NCBI GenBank assembly: GCA_963674945.2
Contig: CAXXWQ010000003.1
Span: 320,001-384,000 of the forward strand
Source of the DNA: an uncultured Desulfosarcina sp.
GTDB lineage: Bacteria > Desulfobacterota > Desulfobacteria > Desulfobacterales > Desulfosarcinaceae
Direction: 5' to 3'
DNA: 64,000 nucleotides
Part shown: positions 1-10,616 of the stretch, piece by piece
Numbering within the stretch: position 1 is the first letter of the stretch
Layout of the letters: the number at the start of each line of letters is the position of its first letter
Program-made: the position numbers and the translations under genes
The notes under the pieces: model-generated
Databases searched by the model: none
What the model saw: only the letters and a program-made list of their open reading frames with translations
What the model was told of the DNA's origin: nothing

Positions 1-381
1 GTCCTCGGTAAACTGAATGCTCGGAAAGCTTTTTCCACAACACACTTGTGATAGATATTTGTTTTTCTGATCTCTTGTGCCGAAAGACAGTAGGCATTCA
101 GGAATGCTATTGCTGAAGGCAGCATACCACCACGTTCCGCAGCCGGTATACCCCATCTGTTCGATTGCCAATACACAATCCAGCAAACTGGAATCCGTTC
201 CGCCGAATTCCTGTGGCAGGATCATTCCCGGCAGGTTCAGATCAACCATTTTTTCTATGATACCGGCATGCAAGACGCCCTCGGCGTCGATCCCCGCGGC
301 GAAAGGCTCGATCTCCTTCTGAACAAATTCCCGAATGGCCTGTTGGAGCATTTTCTGGCTATTATTCAGTGAAAAATCCAT
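1..381 (-). CDS. Acyl-CoA dehydrogenase, N-terminal part (runs off the window edge)
   Basis: Manual translation from ATG 381: MDFSLNNSQKMLQQAIREFVQKEIEPFAAGID...LPQEFGG...FGTRDQKNKYL...SIQFTED, a typical ACAD N-terminus. Not in the ORF track. Confidence 0.85.
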   Translation of the reverse strand, partial: MDFSLNNSQKMLQQAIREFVQKEIEPFAAGIDAEGVLHAGIIEKMVDLNLPGMILPQEFGGTDSSLLDCVLAIEQMGYTGCGTWWYAAFSNSIPECLLSFGTRDQKNKYLSQVCCGKSFPSIQFTED

Positions 382-470
382 CTTTGCATGATTTTTTCAG
401 GTGGAATTTGATTCCGCGCCCGGAACGTCGTGAACCGTCTCCCGTGGCAAAAGATCGTTATGCATCACAA

Positions 471-1226
471 TCAACCGATCGTTTCAATACTGGAGATTTT
501 ATCGTATTCTTTTGAAATCGTCTCCTCTCGGTGGATGCCTTTTATCATATAAGCCAAACTGTTTTGTATATGTTTTCTTGCATTTTCGACGGCACCAGCC
601 ACATCTTTCTTTTCTATTGCATCCATTATGGATCGGTGCTCTTTCACAGCGACATTGATCCTTTCATTCAATAAGTATTCGGGCTTATATCCCAAATAAA
701 TCCGCTCAAAAACTTCTTTGAGGATCGTCTTCAATACATTATTTTGTGCAATTTCAATTATTTTTAGATGCAACCCGAGGTCGCGCATGAGAACGAGCCG
801 CCTGTGATAGGGGCTGAGTATATCGATACGCTCTTTGAAGGCATCATTGATGGTCTTCAGCTTTTCCGAGGTCGTTTTCTTAATCACTTCAGGCAGAATA
901 TGTGTTTCAAGGGCTTCGCGGGCCTCAAAAAGTTCACGAAGTTCTGTTTCATTTATCGCTCGAATGAAATAGCCTCTATTTAATTCATATTTGACCAGCT
1001 TCAGTTCTGATAATCTGCCCAATGCATTCACGATGGGTGTCGCACTCATGTCGAGTTTTTTCGCCAGATCTTTATAGAGTACTTTTTGTCCTGGTGAAAG
1101 TTCATTCCTGTACATCATTTGCTTAATTTTCTGGAAAGCAATCTCAGAACTGTCATCTCTATTGCTGGAATTTGTAATCGCACTCTTTTTTTTCGGAGGT
1201 GCTTTTTTTGGGGTCCGTTTGTTCAT
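471..1226 (-). CDS. GntR family transcriptional regulator (FCD domain)
   Basis: wHTH ELSPGQKVLYKDLAKKLDMSATPIVNAL; FCD-type ELFEAREALE...EHRSIMDAI...HI. Confidence 0.9.
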   Translation of the reverse strand: MNKRTPKKAPPKKKSAITNSSNRDDSSEIAFQKIKQMMYRNELSPGQKVLYKDLAKKLDMSATPIVNALGRLSELKLVKYELNRGYFIRAINETELRELFEAREALETHILPEVIKKTTSEKLKTINDAFKERIDILSPYHRRLVLMRDLGLHLKIIEIAQNNVLKTILKEVFERIYLGYKPEYLLNERINVAVKEHRSIMDAIEKKDVAGAVENARKHIQNSLAYMIKGIHREETISKEYDKISSIETIG

Positions 1227-1667
1227 TATCTAATCCTTGATAGTCTATTATCACGAAATCATCCGCACTTTGCTCACGCTATAGGCCGCACTCTACTCTT
1301 ATGGTAGTATGATTGAAAAATTTCAAAAAGTCCAGTGGCAGAATTTTCAATAAATAATATTATTTTTAATTAACTTTCTAATTATTCCACCTCCCCAAGT
1401 CAAGAATTAAACTTTTGTCGGTCGACAAAGGATCATCAATTTTGAAACAGGGAGAAACCGGCGTTGTGGATGGAAATCGATTCAACGATTGGATACGATC
1501 TCGTATCCTTTCATTGATGCAATGTGTTTTTCTCCGATGGCGGTTGAACGAAACGAAGAACGTGGTACGGGGATGTCAGAAGGGCGCTTTCAACTTTCCG
1601 GATTTTACCTTTGTGATAATTGCGCATCCAGCGGTACGCACAATGTTCCCTGTTTATACCATGGGTT

Positions 1668-2891
1668 TCACCTCGAAAGTGACCGTTTGCAGACAAACAT
1701 AGAAAACAAGATTGCGCTGGCGCCGGATACGAAAGCAAAAAAGAACCATGCCGGTCGATAGCTGCCGACCCGGTCATAAATCCAGCCTGCCAATGGAGCG
1801 CCGACGATAAGACCAGTCATTGCAGCAGTTCCGGCAAATCCAACAATGGACGCAATATTCCGGGAACCGAAGAAATCGAATACGATGCCGTTCAACATTG
1901 GCAAGGTTCCGCCCCAGCCGATGCCGAATATGACCATGAACGGAACGATGATCCACATGTTGCCGTCGACCAGGAATGACGGCAACAATGAGCCGAAAGC
2001 GATGAAGGTCATCGCAATCGTAGTCATCACCTTATTGCCCAATCTGTCGGCCATCCAACCGAATCCGATACGGCCGATCACCGTAATGATCGGCAAGAGA
2101 CTGGCAAGGAGGCTTCCTGTCGTCCGGTCGATGCAGATACTGGACCCAAAAGGCATGATATGGACGACAACGGCACCGACGGGCAGATACTGGCATATAA
2201 AACAAAAACAGATTGTCCAGAACAAAGTGCTTTTCAACACTTCTTTTGTGTCCATATCTTTTGCCATCCGGTGCAATCGTTTGTCTGCATCCGAAGCCGG
2301 AACGTTTTTCCCTTTCGCCGGATTACGATTGAAATATGGACTCGGTTTAAGCAAAAATGATAGCGGCAGAGGAATCAGCCACATACCGATTCCCATATAG
2401 AGAATCGCTGCCCGCCATCCAAGACTGTCGATCAGGCGTGTAACGAGAGGGATGAGCAAACCGCCTACGGCCACACCACTGCATGTAATTCCGGTAGCCA
2501 ATCCCAGGTTCTTTTTAAACCATCCTGTCACCGCAGCCATGAGAAGGGAAGAAGTGGCCGTGCTCAAACCGCAGGCGACCACGATAAACCAAGCATAAAA
2601 AGCCAGGAGTGAATTCACCTGACTTAAGCCTGTTAATCCGATTCCTACAATCACGGCACCGGAAGAGATGAGCACTCTCGGCCCCCACCGGTTCATCAGG
2701 ATGCCGGCCACCGGAACAAGCAGACCGCTTTCCATCCCTCTCAGGGACATAACAAAAGAGACCTGCGCGTAGCTCCATCCGAATTCACGAATTAAAGGTT
2801 CAAATACCGCGGTAAACCCAAGGAGAACGGCACCACTATAGTATGTGGAAATCAACACGCATGCGGTAACCACGATCCATCCGTAGTTCAT
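1668..2891 (-). CDS. MFS transporter (MCT/OFA-like)
   Basis: 407 aa with about 12 hydrophobic segments; GILMNRWGPR and GWMADRLG motifs; YGW N-terminus. Confidence 0.9.
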   Translation of the reverse strand: MNYGWIVVTACVLISTYYSGAVLLGFTAVFEPLIREFGWSYAQVSFVMSLRGMESGLLVPVAGILMNRWGPRVLISSGAVIVGIGLTGLSQVNSLLAFYAWFIVVACGLSTATSSLLMAAVTGWFKKNLGLATGITCSGVAVGGLLIPLVTRLIDSLGWRAAILYMGIGMWLIPLPLSFLLKPSPYFNRNPAKGKNVPASDADKRLHRMAKDMDTKEVLKSTLFWTICFCFICQYLPVGAVVVHIMPFGSSICIDRTTGSLLASLLPIITVIGRIGFGWMADRLGNKVMTTIAMTFIAFGSLLPSFLVDGNMWIIVPFMVIFGIGWGGTLPMLNGIVFDFFGSRNIASIVGFAGTAAMTGLIVGAPLAGWIYDRVGSYRPAWFFFAFVSGASAILFSMFVCKRSLSR

Positions 2892-3012
2892 AACTTTTCG
2901 TCTCGTGATTCGAAGGGTTGCAACAATCGAAGCGTATCTTTACCCCTGTTGGGAAAACCGGACCGATACCGGCATCGCACACTAGGACTTCGATTTTCTG
3001 AGTAAAGGAAGA

Positions 3013-3555
3013 TTAACCAGTGGTCCGCCCCAACTCCAGTCCCAGATCCAGGGCCCGACGGTTTATATCCTGAAAGCCCGCCGGAATACGCTTTTCGAGC
3101 ACCTTCATGATCGATTCCGGACGCACCACGCCAGTGAGCCCCACCACCGCACCCAGCATACAGATGTTGAACACGATGGGCTTACCGATCTTCTCCATTA
3201 CGGTCTCGTGCATCGGCAGCTCGCGCTGGATCGCGTCCACTTTCAGATAGGGTTTCACGTAGCGCGGGTCGGTCAGCAACAGGCCTCCCGGACGGATGAT
3301 CCCCATGAACTTGGTGTAGGCTTCCTGGGTCAGGCATACCAGCACGTTGGGCTGGTTCACCTTGGGAAAATTGACCGGCGTGTCGGCGATGATCACGTCC
3401 GTACGCGTCGCACCGCCCCGGGCCGCAGCCCCGTAGGCCTGGGTCTGAACCGCTTCCAGCCCCTCGTACAACACCGCCGACTCTGCCAGGATAATCGCCG
3501 CCGTGATCACCCCCTGGCCCCCGGAGCCTGAAAACACCATTCGGCATCTTTCCAT
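3013..3555 (-). CDS. korC: 2-oxoacid:ferredoxin oxidoreductase gamma subunit
   Basis: SGSGGQGVITA and QAYGAAARGG motifs; operon position. Confidence 0.9.
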   Translation of the reverse strand: MERCRMVFSGSGGQGVITAAIILAESAVLYEGLEAVQTQAYGAAARGGATRTDVIIADTPVNFPKVNQPNVLVCLTQEAYTKFMGIIRPGGLLLTDPRYVKPYLKVDAIQRELPMHETVMEKIGKPIVFNICMLGAVVGLTGVVRPESIMKVLEKRIPAGFQDINRRALDLGLELGRTTG

Positions 3556-4359
3556 CTATTTCCCTCCCATGGCCCGGTCGATAATCCGGTCGTACTCCCG
3601 GCAGTACTCGGGCTTGTCCGTCTGAACAAAGATTCCCCGCTCGATCAGCTCCGGATTTTCCTGTTTGGCCTTGGAGCCCACGGGCGTGGTCATCGCCTTC
3701 ATGCGCTTCATCATCTCCACTGCGCTGCCCTGCTTGTTCTTGCGCCCGAAGTAGGTCGGGCACTGGCTCATGATCTCCACCACCGAAAACCCCTCGTGCA
3801 GGATCGCCTCCCGGATCAGGTCGGCCATCTGGTGCACGTGGTAGGTCGTGGTACGGGCGACAAACGTCGCTCCGGCCGCCCGGGCCATCTCCACCACGTC
3901 GAACCCCTGATCGATGTTTGAATAGGGTGCCGTGGTGGCCATCATTCCCGGGCCGGTCAGCGGCGAGTACTGCCCCCCCGTCATGCCGTAAATCCGGTTG
4001 TTCATCACGATGGCCGTAATGTCGATGTTGCGCCGCGCCGCGTGGATGAAATGGTTCCCCCCGATAGACAGGGCGTCACCGTCCCCCATGGGAACGATCA
4101 CGTTCAGCGCGGGCTTGCTCAGCTTCACTCCCGTGGCAAAGGCCAGCGCACGGCCGTGGACCGTGTGCAGGGTGTGAAAATCCATGTACCCCGAGATGCG
4201 CGACGAGCATCCGATCCCCGAAACCATCACAATCTCGTTGCGGCTCATGCCCAATTTTTCCACTGCCCTGATCATGCCGTTGAGAACGATCCCGTGCCCG
4301 CAACCCGCGCACCACAGGTGCGGGAAAAACCGCTGCCGGATATATTCCTGGACTGCCAT
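3556..4359 (-). CDS. korB: 2-oxoacid:ferredoxin oxidoreductase beta subunit (TPP-binding)
   Basis: WCAGCGHG, SGIGCS, GDGD...NNRIYGMTGGQ. Confidence 0.93.
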   Translation of the reverse strand: MAVQEYIRQRFFPHLWCAGCGHGIVLNGMIRAVEKLGMSRNEIVMVSGIGCSSRISGYMDFHTLHTVHGRALAFATGVKLSKPALNVIVPMGDGDALSIGGNHFIHAARRNIDITAIVMNNRIYGMTGGQYSPLTGPGMMATTAPYSNIDQGFDVVEMARAAGATFVARTTTYHVHQMADLIREAILHEGFSVVEIMSQCPTYFGRKNKQGSAVEMMKRMKAMTTPVGSKAKQENPELIERGIFVQTDKPEYCREYDRIIDRAMGGK

Positions 4360-4360
4360 C

Positions 4361-5509
4361 CTACACCCCCTTGCCCTTGATCAGGCGCAGTATCTGCTTG
4401 ATGTCCGTGGGCGTGATGAACACCCCGTCGATACGGTTGGCCAGAAACACCCGTTCCGGGCGCGCCACCGCACTCTTCACCATCTGGCATACCTGGCCCA
4501 TGTTCATCTCCACCACAACCGTCGTCTTGGCCGCACTGCAGGTCTCGCGCACCAACTCCGCCGGGAACGGCCATAGGGTCTGCAACTCCAGCAGGCCGAT
4601 CTTCTCCCCCCGGGATCTCAGGCTCTGCACGATGTGCAGGGCCGATCGCGCCGCCGACCCGTAACTCACCAGCACCGTCTCGGCATCCTCCATGTGAAAA
4701 GTCTTGTAGCGCGCCATATTGCTGGCGTTGTTCTCGATCTTGTCCACCAGGTGTCTGAGAAGCCCGTGGACCACTTTGGGGTTGTCAGAGGGAAATCCCC
4801 ACATATCATGCACCAAGCCGGTCACGTTGAACCTGTGTATACCCCCGAAGTCGCTCATCGGCAGACGTCCATCCTCCCGCGGCAGGTAAGGATGGTAGTC
4901 CACCCCCTCCCGTACCGACGTACGCAGGCGTTCCACCAGCGGAATCTCTCCCGGTTCGGGGAGTTCCAGCCGCTCACGCATGTGGCCCACCACCTCATCG
5001 AACAGGAGCACCACCGGCGTGCGATAGGTCTCGGCGATGTTGAACGCCTCCACCGTCATGGCGAACACGTCCTGATGATTGGACGCCGTCAGTGCTACGA
5101 TGCTGTGGTCCCCGTGGGTCCCCCAACGCGCCTGCATGATGTCCCCCTGGCTCACGTGGGTCGGCACCCCCGTCGACGGGCCGCCTCTCTGCACGTTCAC
5201 GATCACGCAGGGAATCTCGGCCATCACCGCGTATCCCAAAGCCTCCTGCTTCAAAGAAAATCCCGGACCCGATGTCGCCGTCAAGACCTTGTGCCCGGTC
5301 AATGATGCGCCGATGACGGCGCACATGCTGGCGATCTCGTCCTCCATCTGGATGAACTTGCCCCCCCGCTGGGGCAGCCGCACCGACAAGTGCTCGGCGA
5401 TCTCCGTGCTGGGAGTAATCGGATAGCCCGCGAAAAAGTCCAGACCTGCGTATAGCGCGCCTTCCACACACGCCTCATTGCCCTGGATGAATTTTATTTG
5501 TCTGGTCAT
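4361..5509 (-). CDS. korA: 2-oxoacid:ferredoxin oxidoreductase alpha subunit
   Basis: GNEA, YPITPSTE, QMEDE, TATSGPG, QRGGPSTG. Start placed at ATG 5509 (alternative TTG 5566). Confidence 0.93.
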   Translation of the reverse strand: MTRQIKFIQGNEACVEGALYAGLDFFAGYPITPSTEIAEHLSVRLPQRGGKFIQMEDEIASMCAVIGASLTGHKVLTATSGPGFSLKQEALGYAVMAEIPCVIVNVQRGGPSTGVPTHVSQGDIMQARWGTHGDHSIVALTASNHQDVFAMTVEAFNIAETYRTPVVLLFDEVVGHMRERLELPEPGEIPLVERLRTSVREGVDYHPYLPREDGRLPMSDFGGIHRFNVTGLVHDMWGFPSDNPKVVHGLLRHLVDKIENNASNMARYKTFHMEDAETVLVSYGSAARSALHIVQSLRSRGEKIGLLELQTLWPFPAELVRETCSAAKTTVVVEMNMGQVCQMVKSAVARPERVFLANRIDGVFITPTDIKQILRLIKGKGV

Positions 5510-5578
5510 GCTTTCTTGCCTTTGGTTACATGAGTTGTCTGATTTTTCCTCATGGCGTTCTTTCAATCGCCAATTGTA

Positions 5579-5677
5579 AGAATTCAGGAGTCAAAATCCA
5601 GAATTCAGAAGTAAAGATGAAGTCACCGGAGGTGATACCGATCTATTCTGACGCCTGACTCCCGGATTCTGAATTCT
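5579..5677. repeat. Inverted degenerate heptamer repeats (AATTCAG/AGTCAG-type) between the delta and alpha subunit genes
   Basis: agaattcaggagtcaaaatccagaattcagaa (5579-5610) faces ttctgacgcctgactcccggattctgaattct (5646-5677). Confidence 0.55.
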
Positions 5678-5876
5678 CTATTTCAACCTCGATTGCCAAG
5701 TCCGGGCAGCGCAGTTCGCACATCCGGCAGGCGATGCAGTCTTCCAGACGCACCGCCACGGCCTTCTCCTCCCGGTCAATTTCCAGCACGTTCTTCGGGC
5801 AGAAGGCAACGCAGATTCCACACCCCTTGCACCAGTCCTTATTGAGTGAAAAATTTTTTAGCTTAGGTTTTCCCAT
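5643..5876 (-). CDS. korD: 2x[4Fe-4S] ferredoxin-like delta subunit
   Basis: CKGCGICVAFCP and CIACRMCELRCP. Confidence 0.9.
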   Translation of the reverse strand: MGKPKLKNFSLNKDWCKGCGICVAFCPKNVLEIDREEKAVAVRLEDCIACRMCELRCPDLAIEVEIENSESGSQASE

Positions 5877-6073
5877 GGGAAGTCCCTTTATCTTCCATCC
5901 GGCATCAGTAGTGTCCGGTTAGAGAAGTAAAAAAAGTAGGCCTGAAACGCTCACCATGCCTTTAACAAATTTAAAAAAAGAATCCTTTGCTTGTATCTTT
6001 CGTAATGCTGTAATGGCAAAGCGATATATGGCCCTGACTGAGCATCTGCTCTTCTTTTAACCATCTGAACTTT

Positions 6074-6484
6074 TTAGTCACCCGTTTCGATGGATGATTT
6101 TTCGGCTAACTCGAAAAGAATCCCTTTGGCGCTTTTCGGGTGAATAAATGCGAGTTTAGAGGGCTGATCGAACATTTTGCCTATGATTTTCAGCCCTTTC
6201 TCCTCCAGTGCGTTGCATTCTTCAGCAACATCATCGCAGAGCAAGGATATGTGGTGAAGCCCCCCTCCTTTCTTTTCTAAGAATTTTCCTGCCGTCCCAT
6301 CGGGGCCCGTGGGTTCCATCAGTTCAAAGCATCCTTTTCCGACCTGAATGATAGCGGATATCTGCTGCAACTTCGGTAACGGGACACGTCTGAGTTCTTT
6401 CGCACCGAAAGATTCTTTTAAAAAATCTACGACCTCATCAATGCTCTCGACAACGATTCCAAGATGATTTATTCCTTTAATCAA
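6074..6484 (-). CDS. VOC family protein, methylmalonyl-CoA epimerase-like
   Basis: INHLGIVV, FELMEP, KFLEKKGGGLHHI, FIHPKSAKGILFEL; AAGGAGG RBS before a TTG start. Confidence 0.85.
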   Translation of the reverse strand: MIKGINHLGIVVESIDEVVDFLKESFGAKELRRVPLPKLQQISAIIQVGKGCFELMEPTGPDGTAGKFLEKKGGGLHHISLLCDDVAEECNALEEKGLKIIGKMFDQPSKLAFIHPKSAKGILFELAEKSSIETGD

Positions 6485-6513
6485 AATGCCTCCTTAAAAT
6501 GGTTTTAAAATCC

Positions 6514-7062
6514 TTATTCCACGCCATATCCCTTTAACAGCTGGTGAATATGTGGGCTGTCCTGCCGCCAGAACCAGCAGGTATCGACCAGGTATTCATT
6601 TACTCTTTTTTTAATATCGTTACCGTCTTGAAGATTCCTTGCCCGGTAGGTCCACAGGCCCTGTAGTGCAGCGGTGGCCATTGCCATCAGCAATCCATTC
6701 AGATGCGCACAACCATTGGGGCCACCAAGCAATTCACGAACTTTCGAGGTAAAGCCTTTGGCGATTCGAAGGCCTGTTAATCGAGAAAAATTCGGAATCA
6801 CTTCCTTGCACTCTTCATGTGGAACGCCAGGCATTTCGATTTCGACCTGAACAATCCGGATGGATTCCTTGTGGATCAGCAACCGCAAAAGAAGATTGTG
6901 AACACTGCCCGGTGACCTGAGTTTTCCGGAATGGCTATAATAGGGAATATTTCGGTTATCTTTTAATTGGCCTTCAACAATAATATGGGCGTCATCGTAA
7001 TCGAACGTCGTGACCTTGATATCTCGCGTGTAAATTTTTTTCTTTTCATCAATTTTCAGCAT
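6514..7062 (-). CDS. DUF2889-like protein
   Basis: YTRDI, EGQLKD, HNL, GFTSKVRELLGGPNGCAHL, DTCWFW pattern. Start placed at ATG 7062. Confidence 0.75.
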   Translation of the reverse strand: MLKIDEKKKIYTRDIKVTTFDYDDAHIIVEGQLKDNRNIPYYSHSGKLRSPGSVHNLLLRLLIHKESIRIVQVEIEMPGVPHEECKEVIPNFSRLTGLRIAKGFTSKVRELLGGPNGCAHLNGLLMAMATAALQGLWTYRARNLQDGNDIKKRVNEYLVDTCWFWRQDSPHIHQLLKGYGVE

Positions 7063-7380
7063 ATTCAATTCAGCTCTTTCGTCTTCATATCGTTGCCTGC
7101 ACTCCAAAAAGTGTGAGGTCCGAAACACATGCTGGTTTTGGAGGCAATTGTTGATTGTCCCCTTATTAATAAAGGTAGACATGGGGATAGGCAATCATCT
7201 GCAGGGCAAGAGCGTTTCCCAATAAAAGTGAAACGCAATTGGGCGTTGTGCCATTTTTCAGCAGCAATTTGAAACATTCGTGAGTACCAATAAACGACCG
7301 TTAATATTGAATGTAATGACGATCTATCCTCTGTATGACCCGCACCTTTCGATTAATTGGCGACAACCTGAATTACTTCC

Positions 7381-7414
7381 TTGACATTTAAGATTAAAAC
7401 AATAAAAAAGTCAA
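7381..7414. promoter_or_regulatory. Back-to-back sigma70 -35-like boxes in an AT-rich divergent promoter region
   Basis: ttgaca at 7381-7386 (+) and ttgact at 7409-7414 (-), between divergently oriented genes. Confidence 0.4.
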
Positions 7415-8160
7415 CAAAATAATTAATTATATTTTTGGTTTATTTCTTAATTATTGTTTTTGTTTGTTATTATCATGGTTTTTACTTTATAAAAAAGGGG
7501 GCTGTTTTGAGTAATTACGAACACATCATCGTAGAGAAAAAGAACGGAGTGGGCACGGTCACAATCGACAGGCCCAAAGTCAAAAACGCCATGGCCCGTC
7601 AAACCGCGCTGGAAATTCGTGCGGCTTTCGTAGAGTTTGACAATGATCCTGAAATCCGCGTCATGGTAATCACTCATACCGGAGAATTCTTCTGTTCCGG
7701 CGGAGACCTCCAAGGATACAAAGACGTACCGCATATCAAATACAGAGAGTATACACACACTGTTGCAGAATTGTGGTGGAAGACGACCACATTCAGCAAG
7801 CCAATCATTGCTTCCATCAAGGGGAATGTTCTTGGAGGCGGCGTCGGCATAATTGCGAACTGTGACATGGTTGTCATATCCGAAGATGTCTATGTTCAGG
7901 CCGCTGAAATCAATATCGGCATGTGGCCGATGGTGGTGATGCCCGTACTCTTCCGTTCGGTAGGTCGTAAAAAGGGCCTGGAGCTGATTATGTTGGGAGA
8001 AAGATGGACGCCCCAGCAGTGCTTGGAGGCAGGCCTTGTCAACCGCGTCTGCAAGAAGGAAGAAGTAGATAGCACAACGAATCAACTTTGTGAGACACTT
8101 ATCAGCAAAAGCCCGCTCGCCTTGAAACTGGGACGGCAGGTTTACTACAATATCGAAGAT

Positions 8161-10616
8161 CAGAACACTGCATCTCCGGGAAAACTATGTGACACCTCCG
8201 GCATGATTTGAGGTGCTGCAGCCATTTAGTTCGAATATCATTTGCAGCTCGGTACCGGGGTATTTTACCTGCGCACTGTTCAGATGCGCAAACAGTTGGC
8301 AAAGAGCCCGATTGGCCGCTGGGAACGAAGCGCCGTGCAATCGTATATTCAATTGCTGATTTTCAATATCGGGCAGTACATCGCCTTCGGTCTGGAACAG
8401 TGTCTGGAGAAGACTCCGTGCATCCGACGAGTTTACCGTCGGACCCGTGAGCAACCCAACCATTGCCGTCTCTGCACGATATGCAATCATACGAACCGTG
8501 TCCATCAGGCGTTTTCTGCCCGGTTGTAAACGTAAAAATTTATCTTTTGCTTCAAGTTCTCCCCACGTGATGTGTTTACTTGTCTGTTTTCGTTTTTCTT
8601 TCAACTCGCTGAGTTGATACTCCATCTTTTCGATTTCTTCTAACAGCTCGGCCTTTTTCTCTATCCACTTCTTAAACTTTACCGGTTTGTCTTCATTTTC
8701 AGGGTGAATGGTCATCTCGGCAAAACAGGCACGACGATATCGTAGCTTGTTCTGCAACGAATTACGGGATTGATTCAATTGCCGCCAAACGGGGTTGATT
8801 ACCCGTTCGGTATCAGGAAATTCAACGACACCATAATCTAAAAGCACATCGATATCAAAATGTTGCATCATATAGTTGAAAAAGTTTTCCTGACACCACC
8901 GGCTGAACATGCGTGCTGCCAATTGAGTATGCGGCAAATCGAAAGCGGTGCTGATTACGCTGGTCTGGTGTCCGGAATCGGTCAGTTTTCGCACTTGTCG
9001 CATCCATGTTGCACCCTTACCAGATCCCACCAAACTACCCATTTCGCAAAGCCGCATCTTCACCACCTCTTTGTTTGGCATCGCAACTTCATGCTCGGTG
9101 AACCAATGCTCCGGCCATGATTCACCAGGATGCTTATGATACGTCATGCAGCCGATTCGATGGCGATCCCACATTTCCTTGAAGAATGCGGGACTATATC
9201 CTTCCCTGTCGAAAACAAGAACGAACCGGCATAAACATGGGTTCTCTTGTAGTTGCTGCAAACCGGGTTGATTCGGAACGTCTTGCAACAACCGGGGAAC
9301 GATATCGTCTCTTAAAACCGCCAATAATCCAGGATCGATCTGCTTTTCGACGACAAAAAAAGGTCGGCCAATCGCATCGTTAACCCAATAGTCGGTAATG
9401 CCCCTCATGCACAATCGTTCCCGGGACACGTAGCGGCGCGGTAGTCGGGTCAATTTTCCATGATAAACACGTACATGCCCGTCAACATAAAGCGCGCCAA
9501 CCGATTCGGGCGCCTGTTCCATCCAGTATTTACCGAGGTATGCGGCCCACTTTTCCGCGCCGTGGTCTGCGCTCAACGCATCCATCTTGTAACGCAAACA
9601 GCGAACCTCCGGTGCACGATCCAAGCCCAATAACTTACCAAATTCTCCCGGAGCATGGCCTCGTATTTTTTCTGTCGTCTTGATCCTGCATAAGGCCATA
9701 AACGAAAGCAGCAACAAGACATGAAAGATCGTGTAATAGCCTTTGACTTGGCCGAGGAACTGTTTTGCGCCGGTAAACAACCCGTTTGCCACCAATGACG
9801 GTATCGCACAAAGAACGCCTGCTTTGGGAACGTCCAGGCATCTGTCAAAACGAACCGGCGCACCAACCATTTTGCCCAATGATGCCAATATGCGTTCCCC
9901 GACTCGGTTGCAAGCCGTCCCCATACCATCGGCAGCAGCCATGTCGACCATGTCCCGATCTGATTTGGTTAGACACGGTTCACCAATCCTTGATTCGATT
10001 AACCGACCATCATCTATAGCTTTGCGAAACGTATCGTATTTAATGCCAAGTTCCAGGGCGGCATCTTTTTTCGAGCACCCTTGATCCAGTAAACGTTGGG
10101 CTTGTTCAAGCACCTCAGGTTTGAAAACCTTGCCGCCGCGTCGTCCCCGCCGCTGAACGAAAAATGCCTCGGCGCCGCCGGACCTGAGTTTGTTCACGGA
10201 TCGGATGACATTGCTCTTGGATACGCCGAATGTGTTTTGGATATCGATCTGGCGGCAAGCTCCGGATTCAACCAGTTGGGCTGTTATCATCCGAAACATT
10301 CGTTGATCGCCTTGTCTGTGAGAATAAATCGGAACGGTCGATAGAAAATAGGTCCAGGTCGTATCGTCACGAAATACACTGACAAGCCCGTTGATTTGTC
10401 TTGCACCGCGAGGAATAAGTGGTAGTATCTGTTGAGGCATGGCATCCTTTTCCTTTCATTTATCCGCCAAGATAATAAGGTTAAAGGTGCCATGTTCATT
10501 TTCCGGTTGCAATACCTTACCGGCCTGCTGGATTCAGACTCCTATCTTTCTGTTTTTCAACCACTTACATTATGTTTTGCTTGCCATATGCAACAATTAG
10601 GAAATCAAGTTTCCTG
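8161..10616 (-). mobile_element. 2456-bp insertion sequence with a large putative DDE transposase
   Basis: 5-bp target duplication AAGAT (8156-8160 / 10617-10621); imperfect terminal IRs cagaacactgcatctcc vs caggaaacttgatttcc; splits a gene cleanly. Confidence 0.9.
8185..10440 (-). CDS. Putative transposase, 751 aa
   Basis: Sole large ORF inside the IS; N-terminal HTH-like segments; YVDGH, VFDREG, RWCQENFF acidic triad candidates; coiled-coil insert. Confidence 0.85.
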   Translation of the reverse strand: MPQQILPLIPRGARQINGLVSVFRDDTTWTYFLSTVPIYSHRQGDQRMFRMITAQLVESGACRQIDIQNTFGVSKSNVIRSVNKLRSGGAEAFFVQRRGRRGGKVFKPEVLEQAQRLLDQGCSKKDAALELGIKYDTFRKAIDDGRLIESRIGEPCLTKSDRDMVDMAAADGMGTACNRVGERILASLGKMVGAPVRFDRCLDVPKAGVLCAIPSLVANGLFTGAKQFLGQVKGYYTIFHVLLLLSFMALCRIKTTEKIRGHAPGEFGKLLGLDRAPEVRCLRYKMDALSADHGAEKWAAYLGKYWMEQAPESVGALYVDGHVRVYHGKLTRLPRRYVSRERLCMRGITDYWVNDAIGRPFFVVEKQIDPGLLAVLRDDIVPRLLQDVPNQPGLQQLQENPCLCRFVLVFDREGYSPAFFKEMWDRHRIGCMTYHKHPGESWPEHWFTEHEVAMPNKEVVKMRLCEMGSLVGSGKGATWMRQVRKLTDSGHQTSVISTAFDLPHTQLAARMFSRWCQENFFNYMMQHFDIDVLLDYGVVEFPDTERVINPVWRQLNQSRNSLQNKLRYRRACFAEMTIHPENEDKPVKFKKWIEKKAELLEEIEKMEYQLSELKEKRKQTSKHITWGELEAKDKFLRLQPGRKRLMDTVRMIAYRAETAMVGLLTGPTVNSSDARSLLQTLFQTEGDVLPDIENQQLNIRLHGASFPAANRALCQLFAHLNSAQVKYPGTELQMIFELNGCSTSNHAGGVT

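Noticed and set aside
7435..8211. 258-aa ORF as a complete crotonase
   Set aside because: The last residues are IS-derived; the true C-terminus lies at 10622-10747
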